Shown one piece after another: positions 24,846 to 35,104 of a stretch of DNA of 64,000 nt; within the stretch, counting starts at the first letter, position 1; the number at the start of each line of letters is the position of its first letter. The stretch covers positions 7,517-71,516 of IMG/VR virus record IMGVR_UViG_2871846418_000001; one strand, given 5' to 3'. Below the pieces are notes generated by a model, which was not told where the DNA came from, made no database searches, and was given only the letters and a program-made list of their open reading frames with translations. The DNA is from a virus. Lineage: Duplodnaviria > Caudoviricetes. A program made the position numbers and the translations under genes.

Positions 24846-26971
24846 TGAATACAGCCATGATAGATGCTGAGGCTACCGCGCCGCAGCAAGACAACCGCGA
24901 TCGTTTTACGCAGCAGCAGCTGTTGGATATCTCGGCTGATATTGACTCGCAGCCTGAGTGGCGAACGACGGCTAATACAGCCTGCGCGTATTACGATGGT
25001 GACCAATTAGCACCTGAGCTGGTTTCTAAACTGAAGGAACGCGGCCAGCCCCTGACAATGCATAACCTTATCGCGCCAACGATTGATGGCGTGCTGGGCA
25101 TGGAGGCGAAGACAAGGACTGACCTTATGGTTATTGCCGACGATCCAAGCATGGAAATGGAGCAAATGGCGGAGGCGGTGAATGCTGAATATTCTGATGC
25201 CTGCCGGTTGAGCAATCTCAACAAAGCCCGCTCTGATGCCTATGCCGAGCAGATAAAGGCGGGATTAAGCTGGGTTGAGGTACGCCGTAACAGCGATCCA
25301 TTTGGGGCAAAATATAAGGTCGGTACAGTTCACCGTAATGAGGTCTTTTGGGACTGGTTCAGTCGGGAAGCTGACCTAAGCGATTGTCGTTGGCTGATGC
25401 GCAAGCGCTGGATGGATGTGGACGAGGTGAAAAGTTCTTTCCCTGGCCATGCAGAGATCATTGATTACTCAGTGCGCGATTGGAAAGGGTTTGTCGAAAC
25501 CGATCTGGCAGAGGGGGATGAATCTAACCTGATCAACGGTTATGAGGAATATAACTCTTACAGTCGCGATCAGGCTGAGTGGATAACGTCAAACCGAAAG
25601 CGAGTGATGTTGCAGGTTATCTATTACCGTACTTATCAGCAGTTGCCAGTGATGGAACTTTCGAATGGACGCGTTATTCAGTACGACAAGAACAACGTGA
25701 TGCATGCGGTGGCGCTTGCTACCGGCCGTGTTGCGGTAACAATGGCTCGCGTGAGCCGGATCCGTGAAGCGTGGTTTGTTGGTCCGCACTTCATTACCGA
25801 TCGTCCGTGCTCTGCACCACAAGGCATGTTTCCGTTGATCCCGTTCTGGGGGTATCGCAAAGATAAAACCGGCGCGCCGTATGGTTTAGCCTGTCGTGCA
25901 ATCCCCGCTCAAGACGAAGTTAACTTCCGTCGGATAAAGCTAACCTGGCTGCTGCAGGCTAAGAGGGTGATCAAGGACGCCGACGCTACCAACATGACGG
26001 ATAAACAGCTGGCGGAAGAGCTGGAGCGGCCAGATGGTGTGGTGAACCTCAATCCTGACCGTAAGAACAAGAAAACCGTCGCCGAAGCGTTGACCGTTCA
26101 GCAGGATTTTCAGGTGGCTCAGCAGCAATTTCAGGTGATGCAGGAGTCCATGAAGTTGATTCAGGACGGGATGGGGGTGTATTCCGCATTTCTGGGGCAA
26201 GACTCCAATGCATCGAGCGGTATTGCCATCAGTAACCTGGTGGAGCAAGGCGCCACGACGCTGGCAGAAATTAACGACAATTACCAATTCGCCTGCCAAC
26301 AGGTCGGCCAATTGCTGCTGTCCTACCTGCTGGAGGATTTGAGCCGCCGGCGGAATTACACGGTCGTCATCAATCGGGAGGACAAGCGCCGCCGCAAAGA
26401 GGTCATGCTAAACGTCGTTGAGGCGGAGGGGGCAATGAATAATGATGTCTCGCGTCTGCGTGCGCATATTGCATTGGCTCCAATCCAGCAGACACCCGCT
26501 TATAAGTCACAGCTGGCCGAGCGTATGGCACAGGTTATCACCGGGTTGCCGCCTGAGGTGCAGGCCGCTGTTCTTGATATGTGGGTTGAGCTGCTGGATG
26601 TGCCGAATAAGCAGGAGTTTATCGAGCGGATCCGCAGTGCACTGGGGACACCGAAGGCGCCGGACGAGATGACGCCGGAGGAGCAACAAGCGGCACAGCA
26701 GGAACAGCAGATGCAGCAAGCCCAGCAGGAGCTTGCAATGCGAGAGATTGCCGGGAAAGTGGCCAAACTGGAGGCAGAGAGCAAGCGGATTGCGGCTCAG
26801 GCAGAGCGTGACCAAGCATTAGCCAACGGGCAGCGTTTCAATGATGCTCATACACAAGCGCAGACTGGCCAGATCCTGCAACAGATGGAGAACGTATCGG
26901 CTGAAATCAATGCCTTGAATGAGCAAATGCTGCAGACTATTCAAGGGCAAATTGACGCGATTCCTGTATGA
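24845..26971 (+). CDS. Portal protein
   Basis: About 708 aa after terL; YYDGDQ, NLIAPTIDGVLG; Q-rich C-terminal barrel. Confidence 0.9.
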   Translation: MNTAMIDAEATAPQQDNRDRFTQQQLLDISADIDSQPEWRTTANTACAYYDGDQLAPELVSKLKERGQPLTMHNLIAPTIDGVLGMEAKTRTDLMVIADDPSMEMEQMAEAVNAEYSDACRLSNLNKARSDAYAEQIKAGLSWVEVRRNSDPFGAKYKVGTVHRNEVFWDWFSREADLSDCRWLMRKRWMDVDEVKSSFPGHAEIIDYSVRDWKGFVETDLAEGDESNLINGYEEYNSYSRDQAEWITSNRKRVMLQVIYYRTYQQLPVMELSNGRVIQYDKNNVMHAVALATGRVAVTMARVSRIREAWFVGPHFITDRPCSAPQGMFPLIPFWGYRKDKTGAPYGLACRAIPAQDEVNFRRIKLTWLLQAKRVIKDADATNMTDKQLAEELERPDGVVNLNPDRKNKKTVAEALTVQQDFQVAQQQFQVMQESMKLIQDGMGVYSAFLGQDSNASSGIAISNLVEQGATTLAEINDNYQFACQQVGQLLLSYLLEDLSRRRNYTVVINREDKRRRKEVMLNVVEAEGAMNNDVSRLRAHIALAPIQQTPAYKSQLAERMAQVITGLPPEVQAAVLDMWVELLDVPNKQEFIERIRSALGTPKAPDEMTPEEQQAAQQEQQMQQAQQELAMREIAGKVAKLEAESKRIAAQAERDQALANGQRFNDAHTQAQTGQILQQMENVSAEINALNEQMLQTIQGQIDAIPV

Positions 26972-26996
26972 TATTTGTAGCATACAGGAGGATGTC

Positions 26997-27806
26997 ATGG
27001 CGTTAATGTACCACTACTGCTCACCGCAAACATTTCTACAAATCATGGAAAAAAATCATCTTTGGCTATCTTCTATGAAAAATATGAACGATTTTTCTGA
27101 AGGCCTATGGGTTAAGGATGCGTTTCATAAGGCTGTTACCGAATTAAGGAAGTTATATGGGCATGAGTGGGGTTGCCAAGTGCATGATAATTTCATTGGT
27201 AACTATATGCCAAGATATATCTGCTGTTTCTCAAAGGATGGAGATTCACTAAGTCAATGGCGAGCGTATGCCCAGGATGGAGAAGGCATTGCCATTGGTA
27301 TAGATGATCGTGAACTTAGCATTAATAAACACTCATTAACTCCGAATTTAGAACCTTTAAAAAGCTTAGCTGTAGAGGATGTTAAGTACATGAGTGAAAG
27401 CGAAATTATAGAGGATATCATACGGTTTTCTAAAGATTTGAATAAAAAAACACCATCAAAAAATGACGCATATTTGGTTGCGAAATATGCTATTGATAAT
27501 TCGATAATAGTAAAAAACCCTGCTTTTAAAGAGGAGAAAGAGCGAAGGGTGATCTTTTCATATGCACCTAGCATTGGTTATATTACAAGTGATGGTAGAA
27601 GCAGCAATCCTTTAGGTGAAATAAAATTTAGAATTTCTAATGGATATCTTACGAATCACTTTGAATACAACATCCCTTTAACAGCCATAAAAGAAATAGT
27701 GTTGGGCCCAAAAAATAAGTTTTCACAATATGATATTGATTTGTTTTTGATGGCAAATGCAAGATATGATGTTAATGTAAAACGCTCATCCGCCACCTAC
27801 CGATAA
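26997..27806 (+). CDS. DUF2971 family moron
   Basis: YHYCS, MNDFSEG, CCFS..DSLSQWRAYAQDGEG, KNPAFKEEKERR, EIVLGP. Confidence 0.82.
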   Translation: MALMYHYCSPQTFLQIMEKNHLWLSSMKNMNDFSEGLWVKDAFHKAVTELRKLYGHEWGCQVHDNFIGNYMPRYICCFSKDGDSLSQWRAYAQDGEGIAIGIDDRELSINKHSLTPNLEPLKSLAVEDVKYMSESEIIEDIIRFSKDLNKKTPSKNDAYLVAKYAIDNSIIVKNPAFKEEKERRVIFSYAPSIGYITSDGRSSNPLGEIKFRISNGYLTNHFEYNIPLTAIKEIVLGPKNKFSQYDIDLFLMANARYDVNVKRSSATYR

Positions 27807-27811
27807 AACAG

Positions 27812-27882
27812 TTGCATCAGAACTTTTGATGCGCTAGATTTCCGAATGATACACAGCCTCGCCCTAAAAAGCGGGGCTTTTT
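27812..27882 (+). promoter_or_regulatory. pR'-like late promoter 2 with terminator
   Basis: TTGCAT-17-TAGATT, TGCGC before -10, then AGCCTCGC..GCGGGGCTTTTT. Confidence 0.7.
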
Positions 27883-28055
27883 TATTTCCATCGGTCAAGG
27901 TCAGTGTTGTTGTGTTTTTCCTTTGAGTGTTTGCCCGCCTTGTGCGGGCATTTTTGTTTGTGCCGCTAAGCACTTTGTTAGCAGAGCGCTTATTCGCACG
28001 GGCAGCGATACGCCTTTCCGGTTCGGATCTATCCGACAAATAGACATGCAGGAGT

Positions 28056-29090
28056 TTGAACGTGGACATCGATAATTTAACGGGTAATGAGACAGCAGAG
28101 GAAATTGAAGCACTGCTGGATAGTATGGGTGAGGTGGAGATTTCAGACGCACCCGTGGTTCCTGCCGGTGCTGAAAAGCCTGGAATGCAGACTGCCGCGA
28201 CTGTTGAACAGATTAAAACGGGCGAGACTGAAGTCACACCGACGCCGGGTGAAACTGTTGAGCAGATCGGAGCTGGCACTGCAACTACTGAAGAGCTGCC
28301 GAAAGGTATCGCTACTCAGGACGGCAAACACGTCATTCCCTATGCCGTGTTGGAAGCTGCGCGAGCTGAGAGCCGTCGTAATGCTGAAAGCCAGCAACGC
28401 GCGAGTATTGAACTGGAACAAACCAAGCGCCAGCTTCAGATGCTTACGCAGCAGGTTAACCAAGCGGGATTGACCCCAGCGAAATTACCTGAAGAATCAC
28501 AAATCACTCCCGAACAACTGGCTAAGATTCGTGATGAATTCCCGGATCTGTCCGGCGTGTTCGAAACCTTGGTGCAGAAAATTGATTATCTGCAAAAGGC
28601 GAATCCGGGTGCGCAGACTGCACCGGTTGAATCAACAGGTAATCCGGTTACTGATGCGCTGAAGGCCACCCCTGAACTTGAAGGATGGCAGTCAGCGGAT
28701 CCAGATCGTTTTAGCCTGGCTGTTCATCTCGATGAGAAGTTGCAAGCCGACCCTGCATGGAAAGACAAGCCGTTAACTGAGCGATTCAACGAAGTGGTTA
28801 AGCGCACCAAGGCGGCTTATGGTGAGAGCGTTGAGGCGCCTCAAACTCCTGCCACCGTTCAAGTTGCACAGCCTACCGCTGAAGAGCTCCAAAAATTGGC
28901 AGATGACAAATTAGCCGCGGCTAAAGCTTCTGCCGCAATCCCGACATCACCGTCTGATCTGGGTTCGCCGAGTACGCATCAACCTACGCTATTGGAGCAA
29001 GCCGCTGGCGCTGATCATCAGCAGTTGACGGCAATGTTCTCCGGCATGAGCGAGGCGCAAATCGACGCGCTGTTAGAGCAGTCGCTCTGA
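28056..29090 (+). CDS. Capsid scaffolding protein
   Basis: Acidic, coiled-coil, DGKHVIPY motif; between portal and capsid. Confidence 0.8.
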   Translation: MNVDIDNLTGNETAEEIEALLDSMGEVEISDAPVVPAGAEKPGMQTAATVEQIKTGETEVTPTPGETVEQIGAGTATTEELPKGIATQDGKHVIPYAVLEAARAESRRNAESQQRASIELEQTKRQLQMLTQQVNQAGLTPAKLPEESQITPEQLAKIRDEFPDLSGVFETLVQKIDYLQKANPGAQTAPVESTGNPVTDALKATPELEGWQSADPDRFSLAVHLDEKLQADPAWKDKPLTERFNEVVKRTKAAYGESVEAPQTPATVQVAQPTAEELQKLADDKLAAAKASAAIPTSPSDLGSPSTHQPTLLEQAAGADHQQLTAMFSGMSEAQIDALLEQSL

Positions 29091-29154
29091 CCTGACGGTC
29101 AATATCATTTATCTATAGCCCGCCTCGTGCGGGTTTTTCTTTTGGGAGTTATCC

Positions 29155-30378
29155 ATGACCACCATTACCTCTGCCCAGGCGAATAAGCTCCAGCAGGTCG
29201 CGCTGTTTACTGCAGCGAACCGCAACCGCTCATTCGTGAACGTGCTGACTGAACAGCAGGAAGCGCCGAAGGCCGTAAACCCGGACAAGAAAGGCACCCT
29301 GCAAACCAGCTTTACTGCGCCTGTCGTCCGCATTACCGATCTGCAAAAACAGAAGGGTGATGAAGTTGATATGCAGATCGTCCATAAGCTGAGCAAACGC
29401 CCGACCATGGGTGATGAAAAGCTGGCTGGCCGTGGTGAAAACCTCGGGTTCGCCGACTTTTCATTGAAGATTAACCAAGGGCGTCACCTGGTGGATGCCG
29501 GCGGCAAGATGTCGCAGCAGCGTTTCAAGCACAACCTGAACAAAACGGCGCGTGTCTTGCTGGGTACCTACTTCAACGACCTGCAGGATCAGTGTGCGAC
29601 AGTCCATCTGGCGGGCGCTCGCGGCGACTTCATCGCTGATGACACCATTCTGCCACTGGCAGGGCATGGCGAGTTCGGCAAGATCATGATCAACGACGTG
29701 ATGCCACCGACGTATGACCGCCATTTCTACGCCGGTGATGCGACGTCGTTCGAGCAACTGGATGCCGCAGATCTGTTCAGTCTGGGCACTGTCGATAACA
29801 TCGCGCTGTTCCTGGACGAAATGGCGCACCCATTGCAACCGGTCAAAATGTCCAAGGACGAATTGAAGGATGAAGACCCGTACTTTGTTCTCTATGTCAC
29901 CCCGCGTCAGTGGAACGACTGGTATACCTCAACGTCTGGCAAAGACTGGCAGGCAATGATGGTACGAGCGGTGAACCGTTCGAAAGGCTTCGATCATCCG
30001 CTGTTTAAAGGTGAATGCGCGATGTGGCGCAACATCCTGATCCGTAAATACTCCGGTATGCCGATCCGCTTTAACACAGGTTCGACCGTTGCTGTATCAA
30101 ACAACGACAATGTGGCCAGCGTTTCCAACAAAACAGCCGGTACCACCATTGACCGCGCACTGTTGCTGGGCGGTCAGGCGCTGGGTAATGCCTACGGTAC
30201 CGGTGAAGCCGGTGGCCACTTCGGTTATCACGAAGAAAAAGTTGACCATGGCAATGGCGCTGAAATCTCTGTGAGCTGGATTAACGGCCTGAAGAAAATC
30301 CGTTTCCAGCAGAAAGACGGTCGCGTTAACGACCACGGCATCATGGTGGTGGACTCAGCTATCACGCTGGGCCGTTAA
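29155..30378 (+). CDS. Major capsid protein (N4-gp56/DUF4043 type)
   Basis: PVVRITDLQKQKGD, HPLFKGE; size and position. Confidence 0.88.
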   Translation: MTTITSAQANKLQQVALFTAANRNRSFVNVLTEQQEAPKAVNPDKKGTLQTSFTAPVVRITDLQKQKGDEVDMQIVHKLSKRPTMGDEKLAGRGENLGFADFSLKINQGRHLVDAGGKMSQQRFKHNLNKTARVLLGTYFNDLQDQCATVHLAGARGDFIADDTILPLAGHGEFGKIMINDVMPPTYDRHFYAGDATSFEQLDAADLFSLGTVDNIALFLDEMAHPLQPVKMSKDELKDEDPYFVLYVTPRQWNDWYTSTSGKDWQAMMVRAVNRSKGFDHPLFKGECAMWRNILIRKYSGMPIRFNTGSTVAVSNNDNVASVSNKTAGTTIDRALLLGGQALGNAYGTGEAGGHFGYHEEKVDHGNGAEISVSWINGLKKIRFQQKDGRVNDHGIMVVDSAITLGR

Positions 30379-30423
30379 TTCAACAAGCAGGCTTCGGCCT
30401 GCTTTTTTGTGGAGAAGAAAACT

Positions 30424-30807
30424 ATGGCAACGATTATCGCGCCATCTATGCGAGACGCTGTTTATCAGGGCCCGCAAGGCAACCTGTCTATTGCAGAAGG
30501 TCAGATCATTTTGTCGGCAGCAAAGGCTGGTGATGTTGTAGAGCTACTGGAAATGCCGATCGGTATGCGCATCTACTCACTCGATATTGTCAGTGAAGCT
30601 TTGGGTGCCGGCGTCACGGTAGCGATTAAGTCCGGCGCAACCACGCTGGTAGCTGCTGGCAGTCATGCTGCAGCAGTAGCGAAAGTGGTACCGATTGTGC
30701 CGTACAGCACAGTCACCAGTGGCGAGAAGATTACCGCAACGCTTTCTGGCGGTGATGCCGCCGGTCGCCTGATGGTTAATGTTAAATATGTAGCGACCGG
30801 CTACTGA
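30424..30807 (+). CDS. Capsid decoration/cement protein
   Basis: Beta-rich 127 aa after capsid gene; positional inference. Confidence 0.65.
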   Translation: MATIIAPSMRDAVYQGPQGNLSIAEGQIILSAAKAGDVVELLEMPIGMRIYSLDIVSEALGAGVTVAIKSGATTLVAAGSHAAAVAKVVPIVPYSTVTSGEKITATLSGGDAAGRLMVNVKYVATGY

Positions 30808-30871
30808 TCCGCCAATTCCCGTAACCCCAAGAGGCTCGCCAAGTGCGAGCCTTTTTTATTGGAGTACTCCA

Positions 30872-31321
30872 ATGACCCAAACAATTGCAGTTGCCTATAT
30901 TGGCCCAAAAGACAAAAAGCGCGACACGATCACTGGCAGCCGACTGGTGTTCCCGCGCTTTACCCCTGTAGATGTTGAATCAGCTATTGCACATCGGTTG
31001 CTTGATTACCCGACGGTATTCGTAAAAGCGGATTTCCTCGAAAGCGTGATGCAAGCGAAGGCCAACGCCGCAGAAAATCAGGCAGAGGCTGATCGTCTGG
31101 AGCAGGCGCGTTTAGCCGCATTGGCAGCACAAAACAGTTTCGTCGTGAAAATTGGCAATGATGAGGTCGATCTCGCCAAGCTCACCGCCGTGCAGTTGGC
31201 CACGTTGATTGAGGCTGAAGAGTTGGAACTGAAACAGGATCCGCAGGAGAAGGTTGGTGATTTCCGCATCCGTATTCGTGATGCAATTAACGCTAAGCAG
31301 GCTGGCGGAGATAGCGAGTAA
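30872..31321 (+). CDS. Virion-module hypothetical protein
   Basis: 149-aa ORF with GGAG RBS. Confidence 0.7.
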   Translation: MTQTIAVAYIGPKDKKRDTITGSRLVFPRFTPVDVESAIAHRLLDYPTVFVKADFLESVMQAKANAAENQAEADRLEQARLAALAAQNSFVVKIGNDEVDLAKLTAVQLATLIEAEELELKQDPQEKVGDFRIRIRDAINAKQAGGDSE

Positions 31322-31917
31322 TGGCATCGCTTAACGTATTTCTGCCTGCGATCCGGTGTCACATCAACGGGCCGCTGGAAATCATGATGCGGCAGTCAGT
31401 GCTTGAGTCGGCTATCGCGTTTTGCCGTGAATCACTGTTCTGCCGTGAGGAGTTGACATTGGCAGCCGCAGCGCCGGGAACGACGTATGCGCTCATTGAC
31501 AGCCCACTGGTGAAATGCGTTAAGCGTCTGCGTGTTATCGATCTCTCCGAACAACTGAGACGACTTGATGAGACAGGCACTGTCCTCGTGGCGGGAATTG
31601 ATTTCAATGTCATTTCCGCAAACCACATCACTTTTGTTCGTCCGTTCGAAAAGGTTGCTGTCCTGTTCGCTATTGAGCCGCGCCGCAGTGTAACTGAGGT
31701 GCCTGATGTCCTCGCCGACGACTACATGGATGTTATTACCGCCGGCGCACTGAATGACCTGTACATGATGCCAGGTAAACCGTGGTCGGATCCGAACCGG
31801 GCGGGCTACTTTAATGCCCAGTTTATCGAGGGCTATCGCCGCGCATTCCGTGACGCTCTGGAAAATTCACCGATCACCACTTTTTATAACCCCATCCGTA
31901 AGCACGAGTTCTACTAA
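31321..31917 (+). CDS. Head-tail adaptor-like protein
   Basis: AIAFCRES, MMPGKPWSDP; position. Confidence 0.65.
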   Translation: MASLNVFLPAIRCHINGPLEIMMRQSVLESAIAFCRESLFCREELTLAAAAPGTTYALIDSPLVKCVKRLRVIDLSEQLRRLDETGTVLVAGIDFNVISANHITFVRPFEKVAVLFAIEPRRSVTEVPDVLADDYMDVITAGALNDLYMMPGKPWSDPNRAGYFNAQFIEGYRRAFRDALENSPITTFYNPIRKHEFY

Positions 31918-32570
31918 TGCAAAAGGTTGCCGAGATTATCGGGCGCGTTAACACGCAGCTCGTGGATGTCGCATGGTTGCGCTGGCCCAAGGCGGAGCTC
32001 CTTGATTATTACAACGACGCGATCCGCGCCGTGATTATTGTTCGTCCGGATGCAGGAGAAAGCTCCGAGCTCCTGACGTGTGTAGAAGGTACTAAACAGC
32101 AATTGCCTGTGGGAGCTAATCGACTATTAGATATTACTCGGGTGGCGGGTGGCCGTGTGATCCGTCCGGTACCTCGCGAGGCTCTGGATACGCAATTCCC
32201 TGATTGGCATTTCAGCACGGGAACAATAGAGGGGTACTGCTACGACGAACAAACGCCCCGAACTTACTATGTATTCCCCGGCACTGCGGCAGGCGTGCAG
32301 CTCGACGCCGTGGTTTCTCGTATTCCCGTTTCAATCACGCTGGCAGCACTGGACGAAGCGCTGGTGTCTCTGGATGAGCTTTACACCAACCCGATCATCG
32401 AATGGATTTTGTACCGCTGTTACAGCAAGGACTCACAAAACGGTGCCAATTCGCAGTTAGCCCAACAGCATTACCAGGCATTTAACGATCAGCTCGGGGT
32501 TAAAACACAAGCCGAAATGGCCGTAGGCAACAAAAAACGCGAGCAATATAACGGGAGCACTCAAGTATGA
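31917..32570 (+). CDS. Adaptor protein (DUF6682-like)
   Basis: RWPKAELLDYYNDA, ILYRCYSKD. Confidence 0.7.
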   Translation: MQKVAEIIGRVNTQLVDVAWLRWPKAELLDYYNDAIRAVIIVRPDAGESSELLTCVEGTKQQLPVGANRLLDITRVAGGRVIRPVPREALDTQFPDWHFSTGTIEGYCYDEQTPRTYYVFPGTAAGVQLDAVVSRIPVSITLAALDEALVSLDELYTNPIIEWILYRCYSKDSQNGANSQLAQQHYQAFNDQLGVKTQAEMAVGNKKREQYNGSTQV

Positions 32571-35104
32571 GCCTACTGGTATCCGGCACATTAGTTGACC
32601 CGGCAGGTAAGCCGATCCCGAAAGCCGACATTGTGCTCACGTCGGTATCAACAAGCTTTGTGGTTCTGAGTGGCTTCTCAACACGCCAGCCAACGGACGA
32701 CAGTGCAGCGTATTCATTCCTGCTTGAGCCTGGCAATTACGCTGTCAGCGTTTCGAAAGAGGGCGCCAACTTTTATTACGGCGCCATTACTATCACCAAC
32801 ACCACAGTACCCAGTTCGCTCAACCAACTGCTGAAGCAGAACATCATGGAGGCGGAGATTTCGCCAGAATATGTTCCCTATTTCCAGCAGATCCAAAAAG
32901 AAGTAAATGATTCAGAGGCCAGGTCGAAAGCGAATGCTGACGCAGCAGGTCAGTCTGCAGTGGAGCTGAAACAAACAGTCAAAGAATTTGCGTCGGACGA
33001 GCTTGCCAACAGCGCGATCGCTACGGGATTTATTGCCAACGGTGAGCTCTTCTCAATTCGTGTGGGGGACAACAGTTATTGGTCGTTGGAATACCAGAAT
33101 CAAAGCGGAGTAGCGATCCCCACCGGACAATGGGTGCCAAATGGGGCTGCGATCCAGACGTTAGAGCAGTCACTGTTTGATATGAAACTGGCGATGATCC
33201 AAATGCAACGCCTTACGTCATACATGCGCCAGTACACGTCGAGCCAATACCATTGGTCTGTCGAGGGGGCTGGCGGCCCGTCAGAAACGGCACTCGCGCT
33301 AGATAATGATTTTGGCCTGTGGCTTGCAGGATTGCCGGCTGCGGTACAGGAGTATTTGGAATACATCGTTCCCAAGTCACTGGCGAACCGTTATCAAGGC
33401 CTGCAGTACGCCATTGTGGCTAAGAACGGCCGCGATGGTTTGTTGACCATAAATGACAACGGCGATATTCGCTTGGTAGGCATGGATGACATCCTACAGG
33501 ATCGGCTGGATGTGATTTGTTCAACCACGTTCTCGCGCCGTGTCGTAGGTTTTCAGTTTGTCATTTTCACCTCTGACATGAAGACGGCGATCTTTGCGAT
33601 TGATGATGACGGAGGGGTGCACATCCCCGGAGTGAAAGGTGCACTGCAAGATAACCTCGGCGAATCGTTAGCAAAGGTGGCGCCCTTAAATGGCGTACCT
33701 GCAGCGTGGTGGGGGGATCAGGTTGTCTGGTCAGAGCGCCCGGTACGCACAGCGCAGAAGCTAACTGATAAAGCGATGGTGTTGAGTTATAAGCCAGGTG
33801 GCGAAGCTAGCGCGGGTGATGGAGTTATGTATATCCCCTCAATTCGCGAAATGCCTATCGACGCAGCAGAAATCCATGGTGGTGGTTCTACCGGTCAATC
33901 GCTTAATACCCCTTTTGACGGTAACGGTGCGAACATCGTAAACCGAAACCCACTGTATCGCGGGCGCATTCTGGCGGGGGCCAACGGTCGCCCAGAAGGA
34001 GGAGGAATGAATCCGGTCAGCGAAACCGATCTCACCAACCTCAATGATATGTGGTATCCAGCATATCGGCAGGGCAACGTCCTGCCGATGTATAACAAAC
34101 TGCTCGATGCCAATCCCGGCAACCAGGTGTTTATTCACGCTCCGTTTGCAGCAGGCGGCCGTTCATTCGCCCAAATTAGTAAGGGCACCATACCATATCA
34201 AAACGGTATTGATTTTGTACGATTTGCGAAAGCGGTAGCCGATGGCGTGGGCAAGCCCTACGTTTTCAAATTTCTGACTTTAGAACATGGTGAAACCGAT
34301 AACGACAATGGTGATAATCCCAACCCGGGTGATTATCTCGCAAAGATGGACCATTATTTTGCGGGCCTGCAAATTGACTTTAAGGGCATCACTGCCCAGG
34401 AGGAAAACTTTACAGTTGTAATCGGTCAGGTCGGCAGCCGAATTAACAGCAAATCACAACCAGTTGATGAGCAAGGTAATCCGGTCGGCCCCCCTGTCAT
34501 TGTGCAACCATACTCAATAGCCGCCACAGATCAGCTGACATATGTTCGCAAGAATCCCGCGTCAGCAATTATGTATGGGCCCAAATATCCGCTTAATTGG
34601 AAACACAGTGACGGGACGTTGAGTCATTTGAATGCTGTCGGTAAAGTCCTGCAAGGCGTTTATGCCGCACAGGCAACCTACTGGCAGTTGTACGATCCGG
34701 TCAAAAAGGGAACGTGGACTGATACGCGTGTGCGGTCAATTTCGCTCGATGGGGTAATTCTGGATTTAGTCTATGACTTACCGTATCCACCTGTTGTGAT
34801 TGATACAACTAGCATCGCCGATTGCCCAGGTAAAGGTTTTTCTCTCGAAAACAAATCGGCGGAAGTGATCGCTGTTGAAATTGTCGAGCAAAACAAACTC
34901 CGGATCACTTTCGATAAAGCGCCGGCGGCGGATGACTACTTGCTAATCGGTTTCACCAATACAGCACCACATTCAAATGGCAGCGTTTATCCACTTGTTT
35001 GTGTTCGTGATTCTTCCCCTGTAACCGAAACTATCAACAATGTCGTTTATCCCATTTACAACTGGGCGAGCCTCGATCGCCTGCCGCTTACAGGAGCCTT
35101 TTGA
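32567..35104 (+). CDS. Tail fibre/spike with SGNH-type esterase domain
   Basis: N-terminal SGTLVDPAGKPI tail-fibre domain; TGQSL, HGETD, D..SHLN esterase-like blocks. Confidence 0.8.
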   Translation: MSLLVSGTLVDPAGKPIPKADIVLTSVSTSFVVLSGFSTRQPTDDSAAYSFLLEPGNYAVSVSKEGANFYYGAITITNTTVPSSLNQLLKQNIMEAEISPEYVPYFQQIQKEVNDSEARSKANADAAGQSAVELKQTVKEFASDELANSAIATGFIANGELFSIRVGDNSYWSLEYQNQSGVAIPTGQWVPNGAAIQTLEQSLFDMKLAMIQMQRLTSYMRQYTSSQYHWSVEGAGGPSETALALDNDFGLWLAGLPAAVQEYLEYIVPKSLANRYQGLQYAIVAKNGRDGLLTINDNGDIRLVGMDDILQDRLDVICSTTFSRRVVGFQFVIFTSDMKTAIFAIDDDGGVHIPGVKGALQDNLGESLAKVAPLNGVPAAWWGDQVVWSERPVRTAQKLTDKAMVLSYKPGGEASAGDGVMYIPSIREMPIDAAEIHGGGSTGQSLNTPFDGNGANIVNRNPLYRGRILAGANGRPEGGGMNPVSETDLTNLNDMWYPAYRQGNVLPMYNKLLDANPGNQVFIHAPFAAGGRSFAQISKGTIPYQNGIDFVRFAKAVADGVGKPYVFKFLTLEHGETDNDNGDNPNPGDYLAKMDHYFAGLQIDFKGITAQEENFTVVIGQVGSRINSKSQPVDEQGNPVGPPVIVQPYSIAATDQLTYVRKNPASAIMYGPKYPLNWKHSDGTLSHLNAVGKVLQGVYAAQATYWQLYDPVKKGTWTDTRVRSISLDGVILDLVYDLPYPPVVIDTTSIADCPGKGFSLENKSAEVIAVEIVEQNKLRITFDKAPAADDYLLIGFTNTAPHSNGSVYPLVCVRDSSPVTETINNVVYPIYNWASLDRLPLTGAF

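Noticed and set aside
25114-25129. AAGGACTGACCTTATG inside the portal gene
   Set aside because: Partial match within constrained coding sequence; may be chance, so not counted in the motif set
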